NCBI GenBank assembly: GCA_900128585.1
Contig: LT642187.1
Location: 1 to 38,336, forward strand
DNA from: Stramenopiles sp. TOSAG23-3
Taxonomy: Eukaryota
Length of the DNA: 38,336 nt
Direction: 5' to 3'
Positions 21,901 through 32,357 of the stretch are shown in pieces. Under the pieces are notes generated by a model. The model had not been told where the DNA came from, made no database searches, and was given only the letters and a program-made list of their open reading frames with translations. The translations under genes and the position numbers were made by a program. How positions within the stretch are numbered: position 1 is the stretch's first letter; each line of letters starts with the position of its first letter.

Positions 21901-22947
21901 GGCAAATCATGGGAGGAGTGGTTGGCAAAGACCAAGACCGTCGAGTACGAAACCTGGGAAAAGGAGCACGGGGAAAGTTACCGTGCTTGGCAGCATTGGG
22001 AGGACGAACACGGTGAGGCGTGGCGCAAATGGTGCGAAGAGTTCCCGGACGATGGGGAAGACGAGAATGCCATTGGGGAAGTCCAGGACATTGAAATGGT
22101 TGACTACTATGCTGAAGGGTACGAGGGCAGCGATGTGACCAACGACCCGAGTGTGGCGTACGGGGCAGACTACGCGGAAGAGATCGACGATGAAAGTTTC
22201 CCGGGCTACTACTACGACGAGGAGGGAAACTATGTGTACGACGATTGGGAGGAGGAAACGATTGGAAATTTTTGGGTGTACCCCATGGAGGCATACGACG
22301 GTTCCTCTGAGCAGGAACTGTCGTTTGGTCTGGACGATTGGATCTGGGTGCTACGTAGCAACGAGACTGAGGACGAGAACGAGGAATGGAACGGGTGGTG
22401 GGAAGGTATAAACAACACGACTGGCGACCATGGGTGGTTTCCGGCAACGTTCGTTTCGTGGGAGGGCGTGTACTACGATGTGGAGGACGAGTTTCACGCG
22501 CTTCCTGAGGGTGTGGAGGAGTACGAGCTTGAGACCGATGCAGACGAGGAATGGTGGACACAGAGTCGCTACCTCTTCCAATGCATCGCGTCCGGGGAGA
22601 CGGATTGGATACGATGGTTCCTCGACGGGAAGGGGGAGAGCGGCACGAGGCACATTAATATAAACAGCGTCGACGAGTATGGGAACACTCCCCTTATCTA
22701 CGCAGGGGTCTGCGGTTCGAAGAAAATCGTGAAGATGTTGCTCCGTCGAGATGCCGACGTGGACCGCCAGAATTACGAGGGGTTTACGGTACTCCACGCC
22801 TGTTTTTCGAACGGGCACAGCAAACTTGGAAAGTATTTAATAAAGAAGGGCGCGGATCCACTGATTACAGATTTTCAAGGCAGGACGTGCCATGATGTGT
22901 TTGTCGATGAGGTGGAAGGGGATTGCGCCGTGGTCGACGGTAGGTAA
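18970..22947 (+). CDS. STE11/MEKK-like Ser/Thr kinase with C-terminal SH3 domain and ankyrin repeats
   Basis: Kinase motifs GQGRYG, AAK, HRDIKAANLL, DFG, GSPLWMAPE and DIWSLGC..EM.TGK.PW. SH3 motif AYD...QELSF..D.I.VL...GWWEG...GWFPATFV. Ankyrin motifs GNTPLIYA and GFTVLHAC. The 4-kb ORF has no introns. Confidence 0.93.
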   Translation: MSSLLVSSAHSDDEEAKIDEGSPASRGSHSAGNSGRSTGRRKRFTFDVVDSASNRKLATLNRRASTPTHTITHFPFKKLGQPIGQGRYGTVHKVIREDTGKFLAAKICSVEEVRTPSPSSDRSNSKNHQIVSSLKKEVAILSQICAFSAVGESPSHRGVSSAQKRHDHIIEFIGYERTFARFSLFFELMPGGSLRNYLNKNGPLNPETKGKSFIKQLTSAVEFLHDVHNVVHRDIKAANLLLDLHLKHLKICDFGEAKRLHQDLSARSGRSLSGSPLWMAPEVIRQEIKADDNVDALPENAEAWKRADIWSLGCTLVEMLTGKAPWGNMTSVPAAFLHIASTNEAPPLPNDCPATAKAFLNACCATNASERFAARELKDHSYIKDTTGHQRAFVARPTSPLSMHASTVADDGGPVGIAEPGTLKLHDAASLKLSKASLTEPDDAFSVETDGVVTAGNSLDLDADAEDDEYYYLETDDDDSADEWGDMPTPRPLIPSLNNAHASSPPQFVPTLDIRRALSENAKDEIKDPRALKASKRTLAQSAFLKKASKLGGGAWRGSSRSRSSPDSTTSAALSEGSVASTSAGNSRGYSTRGGAKSVSPPKEDEADYKLLKSEKFARLNIRIVTQEEAPVGKDRSRRRSDSNVSSCRLDDGLELQSDGLDGGLSEASNDKASPDEKAKTLSPMSSKRRRHTWGTHDEAIEQNSIRQIRQEARRDSGNNMRVMNFSSASERDEAYNSASGGYGSDTYYSSDGGSSLSSARSSHSSFGTPRGSIVHIKPGESTLGVPVLSLDKTPRWYNQARPTSPGRMTTSGSDDDSLFGAFSARSVTSQDGNETGEESKRHSINELSPLAGRGNARTFFDEALSLRANTRSLSPLQNSTKQLTGMLATSPPHPEEVEGSGSNRAFPVATEAVLYRRPSKFKKKKKKSKKSKHSKQKRQTAGKAVAVREDIVPKKYQDMLTLWLAAARYRRWETDHGKSWEEWLAKTKTVEYETWEKEHGESYRAWQHWEDEHGEAWRKWCEEFPDDGEDENAIGEVQDIEMVDYYAEGYEGSDVTNDPSVAYGADYAEEIDDESFPGYYYDEEGNYVYDDWEEETIGNFWVYPMEAYDGSSEQELSFGLDDWIWVLRSNETEDENEEWNGWWEGINNTTGDHGWFPATFVSWEGVYYDVEDEFHALPEGVEEYELETDADEEWWTQSRYLFQCIASGETDWIRWFLDGKGESGTRHININSVDEYGNTPLIYAGVCGSKKIVKMLLRRDADVDRQNYEGFTVLHACFSNGHSKLGKYLIKKGADPLITDFQGRTCHDVFVDEVEGDCAVVDGR

Positions 22948-23274
22948 AAGCGTAAGAATTTTATAGATTCTGAAGAAGTAAGATAGGCACGTAACTTATA
23001 CACACACAAAAGCGCGGGTAGGTTTACACGTAGTAAATCGTGTTTTCCACTCCAGCTGGGTATTTGCTTATATGTAAAAAAAAATGTAAAAAAAAAACAA
23101 ATTATATATTTGCTTGTATGTAATATGGTCACAATCTGAGATTTCGAAGAATCAATGACTGATATTATGCGAGCGTCTTAAAGCATACTATTATTAATAT
23201 GTTTTTTTTGTTTGTAATAAGGTACTACTGCGATGTACTCTTCTCGTCGTTTGCGTTGCAAGCCCCAAACCTTC

Positions 23275-23745
23275 TCAACCGTTCACGGAGTCCCTCCTCC
23301 CAATTTTGTCCAACAACCGGTTGTTCTTAATAATAGGATCGGAGTCTGAGAAAAAATTAAAAATGCAGTCCTTTAATGGTTTCGAACGGGGCAGGTTGCT
23401 ACTCAACAGCATCTGCAAATATATTTCTAGCTGCGCTCTCCGTTTCTCCACAAAGTGTGGCGTTCGGTTTCCAAACCATTTCTTCTTTGGGAACCGCAGC
23501 ACTTCTAACAAGGTTGGTGCTATTCTACCCAAATCCGTATGGAATTGTTTGATCGAGGAATATCGCCTAAAGACGGTCCATGTATCGGAACCGTTCGCTA
23601 CAACAATTTTGTACGCGGCGAAGTTGTCTGCAATTAGGGTTGCTTCTGGAATTTTTATTTGCAACATTGCGTATTCGTGGAGCCCATTCCCTTCTGTTTC
23701 TCCACCACCACCACCACGCGTTCCTTCGCCGGCCAACGATGCCAT
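23275..23745 (-). CDS. Stand-alone PX-domain protein (sorting-nexin-like)
   Basis: YKIVV...WTVFRRYS, FPKKKWFG and FVEKRRAQLEIYLQ.LL motifs. The ATG is at 23745. Confidence 0.9.
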   Translation of the reverse strand: MASLAGEGTRGGGGGETEGNGLHEYAMLQIKIPEATLIADNFAAYKIVVANGSDTWTVFRRYSSIKQFHTDLGRIAPTLLEVLRFPKKKWFGNRTPHFVEKRRAQLEIYLQMLLSSNLPRSKPLKDCIFNFFSDSDPIIKNNRLLDKIGRRDSVNG

Positions 23746-24570
23746 TTGAAAACACAAACAAACGTATATTTATTTATATGTATTCACAAACAACACAGCA
23801 AACACGTTCGATGTTTACAAAAGTTCCTATCTAAAAACACATCCATCTCTTCTTCTATCTATCTCCTTTCTTGCTCTTCGCATTGTAAGTGTTTTGCATT
23901 TTGCATTTTGCATTTTGCATTCAAAAACCACTCCCCTTTGTCCTCTGTGCGAATGGGATCTTTTTCTTCTTCTTTTCCCAATACTATTGCCATCTTATTT
24001 AATAGATCCAAATGTATACAATTTTCTAATAGAATAGTATCATACTTAAAGAATTTAATACTCTACGACGTATTGTATTTAATTATGTAAACTTTGCTAT
24101 CAAATATTAAATAGAAATATTTATCTTTTTCTAAAGTTTTTAAGGAGGCCTATACTGTGATTATGTAATTGAGTTTTTTTCATTGTATTGATATGTATTT
24201 ATGTACATATATTTTAGGTTAAGGAATATATTGTAAAACTAAAATACTTTTTTATTTATTTTTTATTTTTTATTCGTTGAAGAAATCTGAAATCTCTCAT
24301 TTTATATTTACATATAGAAATAGTATTAGAACGAAAGAAAGAAAGAAAAGAAACACGACCTTCCATTTGTATGTCGATTCCCCGATTATCAAGTTATCAA
24401 GTTGCATTATGCAACGTCGTATTTGCGTGTAAACGTTTAGAGTTTTGATCAGCGGAACGTTTGTGTGTTTGAATCACACGCGGCAAGAGATAGATTGCAA
24501 TTGTGTGCTTTTCTTGTGATTGTGATTGTTTGGTTTGCAGTACTTGTACTGTGCGGGATCAACGTCCATC

Positions 24571-26347
24571 ATGGCAACGATAGGGCATCAGAAACGAATG
24601 AATACGGCGACGGCATTGTTGTACAGAGAACAGCGTGCGAAGAAGAAAGCAACGATGAAAAAACTTGCCCAAGTAAGGCAAAAGGTGACGTACCAGGCTC
24701 GAAAGAAATCGAGGCAAAAGTTAGCCCATCACCGAAAAACGCTGAACTGGAACGTAGATACCATCATACAGGTCATACGGGACAAAATATTGGGACGAAT
24801 TCGACGGGCCGAAGAACGAAATGTCGTGGCGTACAAGCTGCTGGAGTGCCCTGTCCAGGGAATAAATAGGGCACACTTAAAAGACGTCCTAAAGCGCCGC
24901 TTCGACCTCAAGCTGACGACGGACGAAGTGAATGCCTTGTTCATGCGGTTTGACACGGATAACAGATGGGCTCTTGCCGCCGGATTACTCAGCTGGGGGG
25001 CCACCGCTGACGAAAAACGCCCTGTCGTATGTGGCGAAGAAGACTGCGTTCCTTCCAGACCAAATGTGTTTTCCGCGTCATTTAGACGGTGAATACCGGC
25101 CCAAGCTGAAAGATATAGAGCGCCAGATACGGGAAAAAATTGAAGCCCGGACCAAGGATCCGTCGTCGCAATACCGTTTAGCATTCCAAATGTTTGGGAG
25201 AACAAACCGAATTACAAGGAAACGATTTTCTAGGAGACTCCAGCGGTGGGGAATTTTTCTCAAGCCTTTGGAGCTGGAAGCGCTCTTTCAGTGCTACGAC
25301 GACGACAATTCCGGGTACATAGAATTTGACGAGTTGGTCAACAGTGTCCTGAAGCAAGACTACCCAAACAAAGGGCCGTGGTTTTGGGAACGAGCAAAAT
25401 TGTACGAGCGAAAGGCCTTGGCCCAAAAATACGGTGTGCCACCGAACATGCTGGATGCGCATTTAGCGAGAAAAGGCCTTCTCACCCGGCAGCAGGAAAA
25501 AAAGGCAAATCTGCAACGGTTCAAAGGTGCAAAACAGGGCGATGGTCGGCTGAGACTTAACGATGACTTGGCACTGACAGGAACACAAATTCAGTCCCCC
25601 CCTCGTGCCATTGGGACAGAAGAGGGGGAGGCAGGGAGTACCATCGACCAGATTACGCCAGAGTCGTGGGGGTTTCTAACCGAAGATGAGGCACCAACGA
25701 TCGGCATGATAGAAGAGGGGTGGGGCGAGAAAGGGTGGGACGATGGCGACAGTGCGAAACCGTTGGTAAAGACTAGAAAATGGGTAAGTTCGGCGGCAAT
25801 GAACACCCGGAATTTAAAAACAGCACCGTCTCGGGGAACGAGAAAGTTTTTAAAGTCCCAGCATAAACGAACTAATTATACGAAAGAAAAAGATCCATTC
25901 TTATGGAAATACAAAGAATTCGTCCCAGAAGTGCGGCGATCGATCATGCCGGGCGGAAACTATTCACGGTGGAGACAGCCCCCCGGAAGGGCAGACCAGG
26001 GACTGATGGTGCACGGCACTCGCTCCGGCATGATCCCTGTTTCACCCGTCAAAGCCCAGACACCGTCCCATTTACGATCGCGGCATAGCAACGCGCGGAC
26101 CGATCGACACAAGGGGCGTCGCCCGAAAACAACCCCACACTTGAACGCGTCCCGGCAAAGCCGCAAGGGCAGCACTGGCAGGAGTAAACAAATGAACAAA
26201 AGTGCAAGCTTTGCGAAAGCATTGAACGACGCGTTAAAAATTGCAGCCACGAATGATGCCGAACGTCGACAATACAGCACCATGTTGGCATCGGCTGGAG
26301 CAGCAAATCCACAATTCGCACGAACAAATCGTTTTATTGCTTGTTGA
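24571..26347 (+). CDS. EF-hand protein; reading frame broken at ~24964 where part of an EF-hand loop is missing
   Basis: Intact EF-hand LFQCYDDDNSGYIEFDEL in the 24932 frame. An earlier homologous unit LFMRFDTDN/.../DGLLPPDY is split across two frames. Confidence 0.75.
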
Positions 26348-26776
26348 GCTTGTTAATTAGTAAATAAAAAAGTCAGTACTTTTTGTTGAATGGTTTAGTT
26401 GATAGTAGTTATAGTAGGTATAATGGTATAATTTTACCTAAAAAAATATACCAAGAATTATATTTTTTAATAAGTAAATTATATTATAATAATTTTACAA
26501 TCACCCACCCACCACTGTTGTTATCCGTTACACCTTCTTCTTCTCTTTTCTTCTTTCAAAATAATAATATTATTTTTTTTTATTATGTTTTTTTTATTAT
26601 TAATTAATTTTATATAATTATATATTAATATAATATTTTATTGCGATCTTTTATTGCGATCTGTTTTACACATTGCAAAGCGGAAATTGCACATGAAGCC
26701 AGATAATTGCACTTGAGGAAAGTGTCTTTTCACCAGCTTTTGTTATCTTTGGATTGTTTAATCATTGTGCGCATCA

Positions 26777-27025
26777 ATGGAGTCGTTTGAGGATTACAAT
26801 ATATACGGGGACGAAAGGCTTTACGAAGATGGTCAGACGAAAGTGATGGCGCCCACATGGTTGAAGCGGCTCCCCAGACAATCGCGTGGAAAGTCGGAGT
26901 ATAAGATCAAACGAATGCTAAAACATATCAATTTGGCGGAGGGTGGAGTGCGGTTTAGGGTTCATGTAACGGGTAACTCAAAGCCGCAATCAGTGTTTCA
27001 GCGGGAATCGACCCGGGCACCGGTG
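26777..27025 (+). CDS. 5' part of a hypothetical protein, apparently truncated where it meets the opposite-strand repeat-protein fragment
   Basis: The ATG follows a TTGCA-rich AT-rich flank and the sequence has coding-like composition to ~27025. Beyond that it is the antisense of the neighbouring gene. Confidence 0.45.
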
Positions 27026-30022
27026 ATGACACCCAACGAAAAATCTAAGAAAACACTCGATGTGTTGGGAAGAATACTATCTTCCGTTTCGTGCACCACG
27101 ATTCTGCTCAAATTTTTGTTATAATTCCCAACCACGTCTTTTACGGCAAATTCCATGACAAACAATTGTACCGGAGTGCCGTCACCAAGCTGCTGATCGC
27201 CACCGCCTTTTGTATTAGAAATAGCGATTGCCTTTGCCCGCTGGTGTTCTTGTAATTGTAACTCCATCTGAACGGAAATGCCGTCTTTTACAGTTGAACT
27301 GGTGATTTGTATCTTTAAATCCCCTTCAAGATCTTCAATGTATATGTTGTTCATATTAATCTCCGAAAGAAGCGTTTCGCTGGCCGTTAATAAAAGCAAT
27401 CCGGTCCCGTAGTCTAAGTCTGCTTGCAGTATTGTCGGTTTTAGCGTATCTGGTATCTCTGTTAATGCGCTTACGACAGGCAAATTGTTAAAATTTCCAG
27501 CAATATCTCTGGCAGCATTATCAAGAACTTCGATGTAAAGCGCCGATCCATCTCCAGTTGTGAGACCTGATGCAAATATTGCTTTTATCCTATCACTTTC
27601 GAGAAGTTGGTACACGAGGAGAGATGTATCGTTGGCGGAAATCATCGTCATCTCTACTATACCAATCTGCCATATGTTGGATGAATTCTGGGGCAGCAAG
27701 GCATCCGCAGTTGCATTCAATAGCCTCATCTGCTTATTGTCAATGTAATAAAGAGGGGACAAGTCCAGCACCTCACTAAACTTGATTTTGACCAATCCCG
27801 TACTGTACTCCAATGTACCACTTTCCACTTTAGGTGCAACATTGTCATCTGTTTCAGATAATAAAAATGTTTGTGCGTTCACATTCTCATTTTGTGCCAC
27901 GTCTTTGATAGCGCCGGGAAGAAACACAATATATGCAAACCCGTAAAAATATACTGTATTGTTTGTCGTTATGTTTGTTGAAGCATTGAAAATCGATGAT
28001 GTTATACTGAATGTGTCGCCACCCTTTGTTCCACTGTATGGAATTATTAGTGCTCTGGTAGTGTCAGGTATGTTCCCAGCAACATTCAGTGTATCACCAT
28101 TAGCAGCCCTTGCCCCCATTAACGACAGTGACAACGCACTAGTAAGCGCATTGTTCCCGACATCCGCGTAACTTAAATTCGTAATATAAATTTTGCTAAA
28201 GTCAATTTCTGTGTACGGTGTCAAGTCAAGAATCAACAGGGTGGGCATTCCCTCTAAGTTTTGCGTCCGTGAGATCTATTCCATGTTCTGTGCCGTTGCT
28301 TATATAAATATCAGACAAATTTAACTTCGCCTTTTCAAGGCTGTCCACTGTTTCATTGAAGGTGAGGTGAAGTTCTCCTGTCCCGAAGAACACAGTCGAG
28401 TTAATCAACAGAGGTGGTGTCTCATCCGCAAGCACACGCAACGTGTTCGTGTGCGTAGACAACTCTCTGTAGGCACACGGAGACCCGCTTATGTCTGAAA
28501 AGGCGCCAGGTAAAACACGGAGGTACAGAGCGGTGCCATCACCGCCAGGCGTTGCAGACATCCTGATTGCGTGAACACGATGAGCTTCCAGCATAGTCAA
28601 TGACGCATTTCTAGTAGTAGCAATATCTACTGTTGCCCCTGTTAATCGCACGCATCTAGTAACATTTTGGTTTGAATGGTTTGTACCCGTAAATCCTTCA
28701 CAGGGGAGAGAGCTATGATTGGCCAGTATTACCATACTTGTATTGTAGCTCAGTGTTGTGTCAAGTATTTCTGTGGCTGTTAGCCGCACAATGCCTTTGT
28801 TCAGGTCCACGGTGCCTTCTAGTATGACAGGTGGGGTGGTGTCTTGAATTTCTATTACAGTCGCGTTATTTGTTGTCCGTGCAAAGTTGCTTGACAAATC
28901 AATAGCACTTTCTTCACCCGCGTCGAATACCATGCCATCGCCATCACCACCAGGTGTACTGGATAATCGAATCGCTTGAATACGTTGCAATTCCGTCATT
29001 TTGAGCCTAAGGGTGGTGCTGTCGGCTGCCTCAATTTTAGCAGCAGCTAGACTTAGCTCCTTCTGGCCACCCAGAGGAATTGGGTCGGGGTAGTGCTGGA
29101 GTTCAAATCCGTTAAAAGGCATCTTACTGTTTTTGTCTATACCAACAGCTTTCATTTCCACAACAAACTGATAGTACGTTGTAAGCCCACCATCAGCAAT
29201 GACGGCAGTCGATTGATTTGCAAAGAATGACATATTGTGCACTACGCCTCCAGTAAGCGAAGGGTTGTCACCGGGTGCGGGTGGAGTATCCGTGCCGCCC
29301 CCCCATTGAAAATTTGGGGTTACAACCCTGGTGCCATATGCATCAGTGCTCTTGAATTCTATACCATTGGTAGATGATGCATCCGCAGAGTAATGGTATG
29401 TGGTTAATTTGTAGCGACCAGCTGCAAGTCCTTTGAATGCGAGTTTTAAGATACAGTCATCATTGCAGTAAGCATATGTTTGCAACATTTGAGCATGCGG
29501 CGCCCAGAAGCCTTTAGCGAGGGGACTAATACTGGATATTGCATTATATCCGCGAAACCGTACTGTAACACCGCCTTGTTGGTTGTCTTTGTCGGCGCAT
29601 ATATATTCCTCTTTCCAACCATCTACGGTAGCGCATGGGTACCGGTGCTCGTTTGGAACTGGGGTTGGATCAAACCACCCATTTTCGTCTGAGTCTACAA
29701 ACTGCGTAAACCCTGACGAAGTTTGAGACGCTTCTTTAACGTAATCAATCATCAGCATTTGGTATTTGCGCACTTTCCAATTGCCCAGAAACATCTTGGA
29801 TGTATTGACTAGCAAAGCCGGGGTAGCGTCAATGGTTTCACTAGCAGTCAGATTAACAGAACCGTCGTTCAAATCTACTTCGACTTTAACAAAATATGGT
29901 GCGATTGTATCTGCAATTTCTTCGATACGGAAGTTTTGCAAATCATTGATATTGTTTTCACCCCTCCAAAATATTAACCAACAAAGGGCAAAACAAAGAG
30001 CAACCGATATCTTCTTCTTCAT
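26998..30022 (-). CDS. Fragment(s) of a giant secreted/surface protein built from ~130-aa beta-rich repeats; frameshifted at ~28230 and truncated at ~27020
   Basis: The unit D(T)xxP..D..G.h.h..sE.hD...E.QR..AI..S.T.GGDG...A..D..GN recurs in at least 7 partial or complete copies over two ORFs. Signal-like MKKKISVALCFALCWLIF starts at 30022. Confidence 0.8.
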
Positions 30023-30796
30023 TCGTAAATTTAACGGAATGAATAATTCAATCACAATCAAATCAAATCTTGCTTTTCGTAATCAAATATTGCATTAAAA
30101 TCAGGTTAGAATCATCTCACTCATATTTTATTATAAGCCAATAGAAGATCATTAAATTAACGAACTTATTAAGGAATTTAGTTTCAAAACGAAGTATATA
30201 TGTTGTGTATATGTAAACATGAACACTTTGTTTTCAATTAAACTAATTTTTTATTCTATTATAAATGCTATTTGGTGATTAATTAATTGTAAAAAAAGTG
30301 ACAAAGGAATTCTCCACAAATAAACAGAAGCATAACTGCGTTACTCTTGAAACAGACATTCAAACTAAATTTATAAAATACACATTTCCTTAATAGGAGA
30401 ATTCAGATGCAAAGAACAATTTTGAATTTTGGTTTTCATAGTTAATATACCTTTAAACGTATTCGTTTGAATAAATTGCCTATCATTGAATATATACCAA
30501 AAGACCTTTATAACATATACACAGCATAATACATATTCATAGCGGGTATTTGTTTTTTTTATTATGGCGCGCGCGCGCACGGCGGGTTTTTTTGGGGCTG
30601 GCGGCTGGCTCGGAGCGACTTTCACATTAAAAGTAAACTTTTTGAATTTTGAATTCACATTAAATAGAAACAGAACTCACTTTTCTTGCCTTTCCCATGC
30701 AATTTTCAACTGGCTAAATATAAGTATATATTTATGGTAAATACGTTGGTCTTTTAATTGGGTTTGTGCGCGCGTGTGTGTGCTTGTTGAAGTGTC

Positions 30797-31711
30797 ATGG
30801 CAGCCGTTGGCGGAGGTGTTTCAAAAGGCCAAGCGTTGCTCGATGCAGTGTGCTACCATAAAGTAGGTAGAGTTCGGGAATTATTAGGTGAAGGTGTGGA
30901 CCCAAACCATGCAGTTATAATTAACGGCGGGGCTGATTGCGTTCAGCCCACCACACCACTCTGCATGGTTGTATTCTGTATCAGCGACTGCCTGCTCACC
31001 GACAAGGATCAGATGGAGTTCAAAGATATTGCGAAATTATTAGTTCAAGCAGGTGCGGAGACAGGAGATGCGCTGAAAATGGCCGAAGAACGATACCGTT
31101 ACGATGGGAAAATTACGGACGACACGGAGCTAGATTTGTTGCACCAGGTACTGCAAGTCGTTGCTGTAGGAAAATTACAGAATTTCAACGAAGTGCACAT
31201 TCGACCTGGGTCGAGCGAAGATTTGGATTCTATTGTGAAGCTTACGTTCGCGCTGGCCAACGAAACCGAGCAAGGTTTGGTCTTGGACGAGGCGCGAACT
31301 CGGGTGGGTGTAGGTGCGGGGTTGATAGACCGTGCTGAGACGGAACCACGGAGTGGAAGGTTGAGGCCTCGGTACTGGGTAGCGTCGATTCCGAGTGGAG
31401 ACAACGGGTGCGGTAGGGTCGATGTTGGTTTTGTTGCAAGCAGCCCAGAGTGGTCGGACTGGTGGGGTTGTGAGTACTGGTGGATAACGTCCGTGTATGT
31501 TGCCCCCCAGTGTCGTCGGCTTGGGGTGGGCAAACGGCTGTTTAAAGCAGTCTTTGCCTCTGCCGACGATGCAAATGTACAGACGGTTAATTTACGAGTA
31601 GAAAAAGACAACGAAAGCGCAAAAAGGTTTTACGAAGCGGTCGGTTTTAAAATTGATGATTCACACCACGTACTGTCGAAAGGAAAGCGGCCTGATGGGT
31701 CTAGCATTTGA
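30797..31711 (+). CDS. Ankyrin-like N-terminal domain fused to a GNAT acetyltransferase
   Basis: Ankyrin-like VRELLGEGVDPN, TTPL and IAKLLVQAGA. GNAT motifs WITSVYV.PQCRRLGVGKRL and L.VEKDNESAKRFYEAVGF. Confidence 0.88.
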   Translation: MAAVGGGVSKGQALLDAVCYHKVGRVRELLGEGVDPNHAVIINGGADCVQPTTPLCMVVFCISDCLLTDKDQMEFKDIAKLLVQAGAETGDALKMAEERYRYDGKITDDTELDLLHQVLQVVAVGKLQNFNEVHIRPGSSEDLDSIVKLTFALANETEQGLVLDEARTRVGVGAGLIDRAETEPRSGRLRPRYWVASIPSGDNGCGRVDVGFVASSPEWSDWWGCEYWWITSVYVAPQCRRLGVGKRLFKAVFASADDANVQTVNLRVEKDNESAKRFYEAVGFKIDDSHHVLSKGKRPDGSSI

Positions 31712-32059
31712 AAAGAACGAGGTGCACAGGTTATGATGTACATTGCCCTGCTGCTTAAGAGTGTAACATTAAAATTTCTCCTCTTTTACGCATATCTACT
31801 CCTTTTTGTCCATTTAACAAGAAGTAATAAATAGAAGAGAGAAAGAAGAATTTTTTTTAAATCACGAATTTTCTCATGGTTCTGTGTTCTGTTCTTTATA
31901 AAAAAAATAAAGAGAAAAAGAAGAAAAAAGTAAATAATAAAGTAATAAAGAAGAAATTATTAATATTATATTATAGTAGTATTAATAGAAGACTAGATCA
32001 TCATGAAGAAGAGAAGAATAAATAAAATAAAAGAAGAAGAAAGGAATATTATTATAAAA

Positions 32060-32357
32060 AAGGAAGAAGAAGAAGAATGAAGAAGAAGAAGAAGAAAAAA
32101 AAAGAAGAAGAAAAAAAAAGAAAGAAGAAGAAAGAAGAAGAAACAAGAAGAAAAAAGAAGAAGAAAGAAGAAGAAAAAAAAGAAGAAAAAAAAGAAGAAG
32201 AAAGAAGAAGAAGAAGAAAGAAGAAGGAAGAAGGAAGAAGAAGGAAGAAAAAATTATGAAAATTATTATTATAACATAACACAGTATGTGACAGTTAATT
32301 TTTTTAGAAGACGACAGAAGAAGAAGAAAGAATGAAGAAGAAGAAGAGGAGGAGGTG
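32060..32357. repeat. Purine-rich (GAA)n/(A)n low-complexity tract ending at an assembly gap (N 32358-32471)
   Basis: Directly visible. Similar tracts occur at ~11260-11342 and ~18445-18590 (TTC). Confidence 0.9.
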
